From: Malacoraja senta
Lineage: Eukaryota
Reading direction: 5' to 3'
NCBI GenBank assembly: GCA_038087875.1
Contig: CM075994.1
Location: 7,690,001-7,754,000, forward strand
Length of the DNA: 64,000 nucleotides
In this document: piece after piece, positions 14,301-26,300 of the stretch
Numbering within the stretch: position 1 is the stretch's first letter
Layout of the letters: each line of letters opens with the position of its first letter
The notes under the pieces: model-generated
The model's database searches: none
Seen by the model: only the letters and a program-made list of their open reading frames with translations
Told to the model about the DNA's origin: nothing
Made by a program: the position numbers and the translations under genes

Positions 14301-17300
14301 GAGGCCACAGAGAGTGGGGACCCAGATTGATCCGCCACGGGCACAGCCCTCCCCTCCCTTGATGTCCATCAGTTCACCAGTTCTAGGAGCAGAATTTGAC
14401 TATTACTCACTCATTCTGGTTCCCTCTGCCAAATCAGTCCATTCAAATCGATGCACTTTCTATTTCAACTATTTCAGAATTCGTATACCAGCTTCAATAA
14501 GTCGGCGCATTCCCTCCAGACACCGTTTCTGCCTGAGAGACAAAGTAGATGAACGTCGGCCACGGTGGCGCAGCGGTAGAGTTGCTGCCTTGCAGCGCTT
14601 GCAGTGCCGGAGACCCGGGTTCCATCCCGACTACGGGCGCTTGCCTGTACCTTCTCCCCGTGACCCGCGTGGGTTTTCTCCAAGATCTTCAGTTTCCTCC
14701 CACACTCCAAAGACGTACGGGTTTGCAGGCTAATTGGCTTGGTGTATGTGTAAATTGTCCCTAGCGTAGTGTCAGTGTGCGGGGATCGCTGGTTGGTGCG
14801 GACTCCGTAGGCTGAAGAGCCTGTTATCTCTAAACTAAACTAAACTACTTGGGGGGGCCTTAAATTTACCCTGAGCCCTATTAATTCTTGTGGTTGACGC
14901 CAGGCAAAATCAGGAGAGTACCCGGGTGTGATTAGCAATTCGCTTGCCACCTCTTGATCCATTGCTGAGAACAGAGGGATGGTGACTGCTTACATGGTTC
15001 ATCGTAAATCTCCCCATACTGGGAGATAGATCCATGATGAACTAGGCTTATTCTTGGAAAGTCTGCCACTGCTAAATATTCACGGGTGGATGTGGTGGCC
15101 ACTAAAAACCACTGTAAGGAATATTAATAACTTCACGTTATAGCAGCATATAGGCCATTCGGCCCATCAAGTCCACTCCGCCATTCAATCATGGCTGATC
15201 TACTTTCCCCCCTCAACCCCATTCTCCTGCCTTCTCCCCGTGACCCCTGACACCCGTACTAATCAAGAATCTATCTGTCTCTGCCTTAAAAATATCCACT
15301 GATTTGGCCTCCATCTCCTTCTGTGGGAATGAATCCCACAGATTCACCACCCTTTGACTAAAGAAATTCCTCCTCATCTCCTTCCTAAAGGAACGTCCTT
15401 TTATTCAGAGTCCATGACTTCTAGTCCGAGACTCTCCCACCAGTGGAAACATGCTCTCCGCTGTTGTCCCTGCATCAAGACTGGGGTTTATAAAGGAATG
15501 GAAGTAGAGGGAAGATAGCCACTGTAGAGAGGGGTGAGGAAGAGAAGAGGCAGGGACAGAGAGTGATAGGTGGAAACAGGTGAGGAGAAATGATGGGAAG
15601 ATGGAACCAGATGGGAGGGAGAGCGCTGAGATAAGGTTGGTAGTTAGACTTAAACCAGCATCTGCAGTTTGTTTCCTACAAATATCTAGTTTAGTCTAGA
15701 TCAGAGATACAGCACAGAAACTGGCCCTTTGTCCAACCGAGTCCGCGCCGATCGGAGATTACCCCGTACACTAGCGCTATCCTACACACAACACGGACAA
15801 TTTACAATTTACCAAAGCCAAGTAACCTACAGGCCTGCACGTCTTTGGGATGTGGGAGGAAACCGGAGCACCCGGAGAAAACCCACACGGGTCACGGGGA
15901 GAACGTACAAACTCCACACACACACACAGCACCCGTGGTCGGGATCGAACCCGGGTCTCTGGCACTGTGAGGCAGCAACTCTACCGCTGCGCCACTGTGC
16001 CGCCCCCCACAGTTTAGAGACACAGCGTGGAAACATGCCCTTCGGCCGACCGAGCCCACGCTGAAAAACGATCACCCCGTACACTAGTTCCATCCTGCAC
16101 ATTAGGGACCATTTACAGAAGTCAGTTAACCTGCAAACCTGTACGTCTTTGGAGTGTGGGAGGAAACCGGAGCACCCGGGGAAAACCCACGCGGGTCACG
16201 GGGAGAACGTACAAACTCCACACACACACACACACACAGACAGCACCTGAGCTCAGGATGGAACCCGGGTCTCTGGCGCTGTGAGGCAGCAACTCTACCG
16301 CTGCGCCACCATTAAAACTCTGATAATCCACTATCCCACCGTGTGGAAATCCAGTCCCGTGTCTGTCCCAATGCCTGATGTTTGGAATTTCTACTCAAGC
16401 GGGTCCCAGTTCCCACTGTGTTCCACTCCCTCGTCCCCACTTCCCACTCTCTCGCGCACTCATGTTCTATGATCTTTTGCGGCACGGTGGCACAGCGGTA
16501 GAGTTGCTGCCTTATAGCGCTTGCAGCGCCTGAGACCCGGGTTCGATCCTGACCACTGGTGCTGTCCATGCGGAGTTTGTACGTTCTCTTCGGTTTCCCC
16601 CCACACTCCAAAGACGTGCGGGTATGTAGGTAAATTGGCTTCTGTAAATTGAAAATTGTCCCTAGTGTGTGTAGGATAGTGTTCGTGTGCGGGGATCGCT
16701 GGTCGGCGCGGACCCGGTGGGCCGAAGGGCCTGTTTCTGCACCGTCTCTCTAAACTCAACTATAAAGTGATAGGAGCAGAATTACGCCATTTGGTCTGAG
16801 GAAGGGTCTCAACCCGAAACGTCACCCATTCCTTCTCTCCAGAGATGCTGCCTGACCCGCTGAGTTACTCCAGTCTATATTCGGCTCAACAAGTCTACTC
16901 CGCCATTCAATCATGGCTGATCTATCTCTCCCTCCTAATCCTATTTTCCTCATAACCCCAGACACCCCTCGTTAATACTAACCTCATCTCCGTGCCACCC
17001 CTGGGTTGCTTTTCCTCCTTGGTTGGGAATTGTCAGAGAGTCACAGAACAATACAATACAATACAATACAATACCATTTATTGTCATTTGAACCTCAAAT
17101 GAAGTTCATACGAAATTTGGTTTCTGCAGTCAAACAAAACAAAACAGTTCCTACACGACACACAAACAGTTCAATCCACAGAAAAACGTCCATCACAGTG
17201 AATCTCCTCCTCACTGTGATGGAAGGCAAAGTCATTTCTCTCCCCTGCACCATCCTTCTCCCGATGTTGAAGCCCCAGGCGGGCAATGTTAAGTCCCACG

Positions 17301-20300
17301 GCCGTTGAGGCCGCGCCGGGCGGTATACGGCCTCGCTCCGGGCCCAAAAGTCACCAAGTTGGTGCCCCCGGCGGGCGCTGGAATGTCCCGCGGCCATTAA
17401 AGCCGTACAGCATGAAACAGGTCCTTCGGCCCAACTTGCCCACACCGGCCAACATGTCCCGTCTACACTAGTCCCACCTGCCCGTGTTTGGGCCATATCC
17501 CTCCAAACCTGTCCTATCCATGTACCTGTCTAATTGTTTCTTAAACGTTGGGATAGTCCCAGCCTCAACTACCTCCTCTGGCAGCTCGTTCCATAAACCC
17601 ACCACCCTTCGTGTGGAAATGTTACCCATCAGATTCTTATTAAATCTTTTCCCCTTCACCTTTAACCGATGCCCTCTGGTCCTCGATTCACCTACTCTGG
17701 GCAAGAGACTCTGTGCATCTACCCAATCTATTCCTCTCATGATTTTGTACACCTCTATAGGATCACCCCTCATCCTCCTGTGCTCCAAGGAATAGAGATC
17801 CAGCCTACTCAACCTCTCCCTACAGCTCACACCCTCCAGTCCTGGCAACATCCTTCTCTGTAAATCTTCTCTGAACCCTTTCCAGCTTGACAACATCTTT
17901 CCTATAACACGGTGCCCAGAACTGAACACGATACTCTAAATGCGGTCTCACCAACGTCTTATACAACTGCAACAAGACCTCCCGACTTCTACACTCAGTT
18001 GTAGAAGATGAATCTCTTCAATGGGTCTGATCTTTCTTCTTGCTGTTGTTTTCAGTCGAGGGTCCGTGGGGTGCGTTGACGTGCCTGGCCCAATCCGCTA
18101 TCTTCACCTTGCCGAGCCAGGCACTCCGGAATGCGGCACTCTCCCCGGCTGATGTTCACCTCAACGACCCCACCTGCCAGGCTATCCAGAAGGACGACAA
18201 CTGGGTGGTCATCAAAGCGCCGTTCGACGGATGTGGAACCGCTATCATCGTACGTAACTTATGTGTTCATACTTCATACATTCGTAGCTACATACGTTCT
18301 CATAAGTTCATTTAGTCAGATGTTCTTCTGTTCATAAGTTCCTATGTTCATAAGTGATAGGATAACGGGCAGCCATGGTAACGCAGCGGTAGAGTTGCTG
18401 CCTTACAGCGAATGCAGCGCCGGAGACCCGGGTTCCATCCCGACTACGGGCGCTGTCTGTACGGAGTTTGTACATTCTCTCCCAGTGACCCGCGTGGGTT
18501 TCTTCCGGGATCTTCGGTTTCCTCCAACACTCCAAAGACGTACAGGCTTGTAGGTTAATTGGCTTGGTAAATGTACAAAAAAATTGTCCCTAGTGAGTAT
18601 AGGATAATGTTAATGTGCGGGGATCGCTGGTCGGTGTGGACTCGGTGGGCCGAAGGGACTGTTTCCGCGCTGTATCTCTATACTAAACATAACCTAAACT
18701 AAATAAAGTAAACTAAACTAAACTAAACTAAAGGGAGGCAAGCATACAGCACTCCCACTCGTGGGAGAGTCCAGGAACAGAGGGCACAGCCTCAGAATTA
18801 AAGGATGTTCCTTTAGGAAGGAGATGAGGAGGAATTTCTTTAGTCAGAGGGTGGTGAGTCTGTGGGATTCTTTCTCACAGACAGTCAGTGGATATATTTA
18901 AAGCAGAGATAGATAGATTCTTGATTAGTACGGGCATCAGGGGTTATGGGGAGAAGGCAGGAGAATGGGGTTAGGAGGGAGAGATAGATCAGCCATGATT
19001 GAATGGCGGAGTGGACTTGATGGGCCGAATGGCCTAATTCTGCTCCTATCAATTATAACCTTATGACCTTAAACATTGTCCTGTCACACTCATCCATCTG
19101 TGTTAACCCCAGCACATCAACTTTGAATTTAACAATACCTGGTAAAAAACCATAATATTAAATTTAAATACATTCATATTCATCACCTTATCTCAAGTTC
19201 TGTCAAGAGTCTGAAGAAGTCTGTATCAAACACAAGTGGACATAGGTTTACGGTGACCAGGGAAAGATTTAATACAAACCTGAGGGGTTAACTTTTTCAC
19301 TCAACGGGTGATGTACATGGAATGCGGATGCAGGTGAGGCTGATACTATTACAACATTTAAAAGAAACTTGGATAAGAAAGGTTTAGGGAGATGTGGGCC
19401 AAACGCAGGTAAATGGGACCAGATTAAATTAGATGGCACGGTGGAGTTGCTGCCTTACAGTGCCTACTGCGCCGGAGACCCGGGTTCGATCCCGACTACG
19501 GGTGCCGTCTGTACGGAGTTTGTACGTTCTCCCCGTGACCTGCGTGGGTTTTCTCCGGAATCTTCAGTTTCCTCCCACACTACAAAGATGTACAGGTTTG
19601 TAGGTTAATTGGCTTGGGTTTGGATACTTGGTATACAATGGAGAGAATGGAGCGGCTGGGCTTGTACACTCTGGAGTTTAGAAGGATGAGAGGGAATCTT
19701 ATTGAAACATATAAGATTATTAAGGGATTGGACACGCTAGAGGCAGGAAACATGTTCCCGATGTTGGGGGAGTCCAGAACCAGGGGCCACAGTTTAAGAA
19801 TAAGGGGTAAGCCATTTAGAACGGAGACGAGGAAACACTTTTTCACACAGAGAGTTGTGAGTCTGTGGAATTGTCTGCCTCAGAGGGCGGTGGAGGCCGG
19901 TTCACTGGATACTTTCCAAAGAGAGCTAGATAGGGCTCTTGAGGATAGGTCAGGGAATATGGGGAGAAGGCAGGAACGGGGTACTGATTGGGGATGATCA
20001 GCCATGATCACATTGAATGGCGGTGCTGGCTCGAAGGGCCGAATGGCCAACTCCTGCACCTATTGTCTATTGTCTATTGTCTATTGTATAAGTGTAAATT
20101 GCCCCTAGTGTGTGTAGGATAGTGTTCATGTGCGGGGATCGCTGGTCGGCGCGGACTCGGTGGGCCGAAGGGCCTGTTTCCACACTGTATCTCTTAACTA
20201 AACTAAACTAAAACTAAACTAGATTAAATGGGACTAGTTTAGATGGGGCACCTTGGATGAGGTGGGCCGAAGGGCCTGTTTTCCATGCGATGTAACTGTA

Positions 20301-23300
20301 TAAAGTTCCTGACCCCCAAATGTCACCTATTCATATCCTCAAAGATGCTGCTTGACCCGCTGAGTAACTCCAGCGGGTGGCACGGTGGCGCAGCGGTAGA
20401 GTTGCTGCCTCACAGCGCCCGAGACCTGGGTTCCATCCTGACCACGGGTGCTGTCTGTACGGAGTTTGTACGTTCTCCCCGTAACCTGCGGGAGTTTTCT
20501 CCGGTAGCTCAGGTTTCCTCCCACACCCCAAAGACGTGCAGGTTTGTAGATTAATTGGCTTCGATAAAATTGTTAAATTGTCATTGGTGTGTGTAGGATA
20601 GTGGCTGGGCCGAATGGCCTGATGGCCAAAAGTCTACTCTGGTAAGGATACAGAGAAGATTTACGAGGATGTTGCCAGGACTCGAGGGCCTGAGCTGCAG
20701 GGAGAGGTTGAGCAGGCTGGGACTCTATTCCTTGGAGCGCAGGAGGATGAGGGGTGATCTTATAGATGTGTATAAAATCATGAGAGGACTAGATCGGGTA
20801 GACGCACAGTCTCTTGCCCAGAGTAGGGGAATCGAGGACCAGAGGACATGGGTTTAAGGTGAAGAGGAAATTATTTAATAGGAATCTGAGGGGCAACTTT
20901 TGCACACAAAGGGTGGTGGGTGTATGGAACAAGCTGCCAGAGGAGGTAGTTGAGGCTGGGACTATCCCAACGTTTAAGAAACAGTTAGACAGGTACATGG
21001 ATAGGACAGGTTTGGAGGGATATGGACCAAACGCGGGCAGGTGGGACTTGTGTAGATGGCGCATGTTGGCCGGTGTGGGCAAGTTGGGCTGAAGGGCCTG
21101 TTTCCACACTGTATGACTGACACTATGAATAGATTTGTACGGAGCCCTAGTGAGACCACACCTGGAGTACTGTGTGCAGTTTTGGTCCCCTAATTTGAGG
21201 AAGGACATTCTTGCTATTGAGGGAGTGCAGCGTAGGTTTACAAGGTTAAGTCCCGGGATGGCTGGACTGTCATATGCTGAAAGAATGGAGCAGCTGGGCT
21301 TGTACACTCTGGAGTTTAGAAGGATGAGAGGGAACCTCATTGAAACTATAAGATTGTTAAGGGCTTGGACACGCTAGAGGCAGGAAACATGTTCCCGATG
21401 TTGGGGGAGTCCAGAACCAGGAGCCACAGTTTAAGAATAAGAGGTAAGCCATTTAGAATGGAGACGAGGAAACACTTTTTCTCACAGCGAGTGGTGAGTC
21501 TGTGGAATTCTCTGCCTCAGAGGGTGGTGGAGGCCGGTTCTCTGGATGCTTTCAAGAGAGAGCTAGATAGGGCTCTTAAAGATAGTGGAGTCAGGGGATA
21601 TGGGGAGAAGGCAGGTACTGATTGGGGATGATCAGCCATGATCACATTGAATGGCGGTGCTGGCTTGAAGGGCCAAATGGCCTACTCCTGCACCTATTGC
21701 CTATTGTCTATTGTCTAGATGTTTTGGTGTGTAGGAAGGAACTGCAGATGCTGCTTTACACCGAAGATAGACACAAAATGCTGGAGTAACTCAGCGGGAC
21801 AGGCATCATCTCTGGAGCGAAGGAATGGGTGACGTTTCGGGTCGAGGGGAAAGGAAACGATAGACATAGACAATGATTCTGTGCAAGATTCCAGATCCTG
21901 CTGCCGAAAGTGACCTTAATTTCTCATTGCAGAACGAGACTGGGAAGATAATTTATATGAACACGGTTTACGGAACGGCCCCGCACACTCCGATTCACCG
22001 CATCAAGATCAAGCTGTTGTGCGAGATGTCATCGATGGAGAACATCACGTTTGGATTTGTCCCTCATTCCAACTACGTGTCCCGACTGGGCCACTACAAC
22101 GTGACCTTCTCCTTGTACCGCTCGGACGCCTTCGACATCCCCATCCAGGAGTACCCCTACGAAACAGCGCTCAACAGGACCCTGTACCTGCAGATGGAAG
22201 CGGAGACCACAGACAATGGCGTGCAGATATTCGTAGAGAACTGCATCTCATCACCCAGCCTCACCCCCAGCGGCCTGCATTACAACATCATCGAAAACGG
22301 GTAACTGGACGGCACGGACCCGGTGGGCCGGAGGGCCTGTCTCCACGATGTATCTCTAAACTAAACTAAACTAGTGTACGGGGTGATCGCTGGTCGGTGC
22401 AGACTCGGTGGGCCGAATGGCCTGTCTCCATGCTTTATCTCTAAACTAAACTAACTAATATATGATGAGCGTTTGACAACACTGGGCCTGTGCTCGCTGG
22501 AGTCTAGAAGGATGAGGGGGCACCTCATTGAAACTTACCGAATAGTGAAAGGCCTGGATAGAGTGGATGCGGAGAGGATGTTTCCACTAGTGGAAGAGTC
22601 CGGGACTAGAGGGCACAGGCTTAGAATTGAAGGACGTATCTTTAGGAAGGAGATGAGGAGGAATATCTTTAGTCAGAGGGTGGTGAATCAGTTCAGGACT
22701 GCTCTCTGGTTGTGGTAGGATGGTTCAGTTGCCTGATAACAGCTGGGAAGAAACTGTCCCTGAATCTGGAGGTGTGCGTTTTCACACTTCTGTACCTTTT
22801 GCCCGATGGGAGAGGGGAGAAGAGGGAGTGGCCGGGGTGAGACTGGTCCTTGATTATGCTGCTGGCCTTGCCGAGGCAGTGTGAGGTGTAGATGGAGTCA
22901 ATGGAAGGGAAGTTTGTTTGTGTGATGGTCTGGGCTACGTCCACAATTCTCTGCCATTTCCTGCAGTCTTGGATGGAGCTGTTCCCAAACCGTGCTGTGA
23001 TACATCCCGATATGATGCTTTCTAAGGCGCATCTGTAGAAGTTGGTGAGAGTTGTTGGGGACATGCCAAACTTCCTAAGCCTTGCAAGGAAGTAGAGGCG
23101 TTGGTGTGCCTTCTTGGTCGTTGATAGACATAAAAATGCTGGAGTAACTCAGCGGGACAGGCAGCATCTTTGGAGAGAAGAAACGGGTGACGTTTCGGGT
23201 TGAGACCCTTGCTTTAATATGGGTCCATCTCCAAACAAAGACACCTCTTCGTCGATAGTCCAAGGGTCATCAATGAGGTAGATAGTAGTTCAGGACTGCT

Positions 23301-26300
23301 CTCTGGTTGTGGTAGGATGGTTCAGTTGCCTGATAACAGCTGGGAAGAAACTGTCCGTGAATCTGGAGGTGTGCGTTTTCACACTTCTGTACCTCTTGCC
23401 CGATGGGAGAGGGGATTATGACACCCCGTCTCTCCTCTCTAAGCTGAGACGTTGATCTTCTTCTGTGCCCACCCTCTCCAGGTGCCCCAAGGACGCCACC
23501 TTCAGAGAAATCCAATCGAGCGACCGCAGGAGACAGCGCTTCAGTTTCCACGTCTTCAAGTTTGACGAGTACCCGCAAGTGTTTGTCATCTGCGAGGTGG
23601 TGATCTGCCACCGCACCTCGGCTCCCAACCGCTGCACCCGCGGGTGCCTCCCGCCCCGGCGCGGCCGGGACCTCACCGTGCGCGGCCTGAGGGACAAGAT
23701 GCCCCACCTCGCCCAGGGGCCCCTGGTGTTCACCAGCGACTTCCAGGGTGCGTCCTGCTGTTAAGTCACATCCAGAGTCAGGGGTCTTGTTGGGTGGGCT
23801 ACGTTTAATCAAGTCAGGAATCAATTGCCCTGCTGCACGGGCTACCTAGGTGTCAAGTCATGATGGTCTTGTTGGGTTGAGGGGGGGGGGGCAACTCCAA
23901 GTTAAGTCAAGAGTCAAGAGTCTTGTTGGGTGGGCTACCTGTATTCAAGTCAAGAATCAATTGGGCTTGTTGCTCGGAGTCAAGTCAGATGTCTACGGGC
24001 TTGTTGGAAGTCCACCTCCAAGTTGTCAAGGGTCAATAGACAACAGACAATAGACAATAGACAATAGGTGCAGGAGTAGGCCATTCGGCCCTTCAAGCCA
24101 GCACCGCCATTCAATGTGATCATGGCTGATCATCCACAATCAGTACCCCGTTCCTGCCTTCTCCCCATATCCCCTGACTCCGCTATTTTTAAGAGCCCTA
24201 TCTAGCTCTCTCTTGAAAGTATCCAGAGAACCTGGCTCCTGTGGAATTCTCTGAGGCATAGAATTCCACATACTTACAACTCTCTGTGAGAAAAAGTGTT
24301 TCCTTGTCTCCGTTCTAAATGGCTTACTCCTTATTCTTAAACTGTGGCCCCTGGTTCTGGACTCCCCCAACATCGGGAACATGTTTCCTGCCTCCAGCGT
24401 GTCCAAACCCTTAAGAGTCTACCCTTAAGGCCAAACCCTTAAGGGTCAAGAGTCTTGTTGGAGTGGCTACCTATTAGTCGAGCCGAGAGTCGAAAGACTT
24501 GTTGGGTGGGCTACCCAGGACTCAAGTCAGGAGTCTATGGTCTTGTTGGGAGAGCGACCTATTAGTTAAGTCAAGGGTCAAGTGTCTTGTTGGGCGGGCT
24601 CCCTAGGAGTCAAGTCAGGAGTCTATGGTCTTGTTGAGAGGGCCACCTCTAAGTCCAGTTAAGAGTCAAACGTCTTGTTGGGTGGGCTACCTCTAAGTCA
24701 AGTCAACCGTCAAGTCTTGTAGGGTGGGCTACCTATTAGTTCAGTCAAGAGCCAATAATCTTGTAGGGTGGGCTACCTCTAAGTCCAGTTGAGAGTCAGG
24801 TCTTGTTGCATTGGCTACCAATGAGTTAAGTCAAGAGTCTTGTAGGGTGGGCCACTTCTAAGTCCAGTTGAGAGTCAAGAGTTTTATTGGGTGGGCTATC
24901 TAGTTTGCAAGTTATGGGTCAATTGTCTTGTTGCGCAGGTTACATATAAATCAAGTCAGGAGTCTATGGACATGTTAGGAGGGCTACCTATTAGTTATGT
25001 CAAGAGTCAGGAGTTTTGTTGGGTGGGCTATCTAGGAGTCACGTCAAGGATCTATGGTCTTGTTGGGAGGTCTACCACCAAGTTAGGTCAAGAGTCAATG
25101 ATCTTATTGTGTGGACTACATATGAATCAAGTCAGGAGTCTATGGTCTTGTTGGGAGGGCTACCTCCAAGTCCAATTGAGAGTCAAGAGTCTTGTTGGCC
25201 GGTCTCCCTCCAAGTCAATTCAAGAGGTCAAGAGTCTTGTTGGGTGGGCTACCTCAAAGTCCACTTGTGAGTCAGGTCTTGTTGGGTGGACTACCTAGGA
25301 GTCAAATCAAGGGTCAAGAGTTTTTTTGGGCGGGCTACATATAAATCAAGTCAGGAGTCTATGGTCCTGTTGGGAGGTGACGAAGTCGAACCCGTAATAA
25401 GACTCAAGGACTCTTATGATTAGCCATCAGCGGTGGGTTTATTTTACTTGCACGAGGGGAGAGGTGTCTCAGTCAAAGGCTGTGATCACAACTCGAAAGT
25501 TAAGTCCACACAGCAGGACATGTATGCACCAAAACGATGACAGCTGAGGAAGCACAGTGATGAGGTGGATCAATGTATTCATCACAGAATCGATACCCTA
25601 TACTCTTTTTTTTAACCCAAAAATAATTGTAATCAATTATTTACAAAAATGCTATTTACAATACAAAACAATACAAACAAACCCACCACCAGAATGTAAG
25701 CAAAAATAAATATTCTCAAATTACTGTACCCCATCCTTATTGATGAAGCATTCCACCCCCCCCGGTCCCGGAAACCAGCGGTCCCTGAAACCCCCCAGGG
25801 TGCCCGTGGACAGCGCGTGGTCCCTCTCTAACCCCACACGGGCGCGGACGTAACCCCGGAAAAGGGGTGGGCAGCCTGCTCGGGCAGAGCTCTCTTCCGC
25901 CTTACGCCGTGACTCGCGGATGGCCAGCTTGGCCAGGCCCAGGAGCAACCCAACCAGGACATCCTCAGCCCCTACCCTCTCCCCTACGCATAGTGTGTCC
26001 AAAGATGAGGGGATGGTGGGTGTGAAGTGCAGCCAGAAGGCAAGGAGCAGCCCCTTTAGGTATTGGAACAGGGGCTGCAACCTCACGCACTCCATATAGG
26101 CGCGGAACACAGACTCTTCCAGCCCTCAACAGTGGCAGGCAGCTGGCGGGCCTGTGAACCGCGAGAGAAACAGGTTGCAGGGGACTCCTCGGTGCAATAC
26201 CCTCCACCCCAGGTCCCCGATGTAGAGGCGGAGAATCCCTGCGGGGTGGGGGGCCTCTCGTGACTTGTCCCACTTGGCGATTTTCTTCGGCGACTACCAG

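Noticed and set aside
14478..14544. Possible extra exon in intron 2 (TTTCAG acceptor)
   Set aside because: In the required phase 1 it hits TAA after 7 codons, and the alternative acceptor gives a phase mismatch. Exons 2 and 3 already join in frame.
15030..15130. C/D snoRNA candidate (ATGATGA) in intron 2
   Set aside because: No appropriately placed D box (CTGA) or terminal stem.
23761..25380. CRISPR-like repeat/spacer appearance
   Set aside because: The 'spacers' resemble each other and the repeats are degenerate. The context is a eukaryotic intron with no cas genes, so this is a minisatellite.
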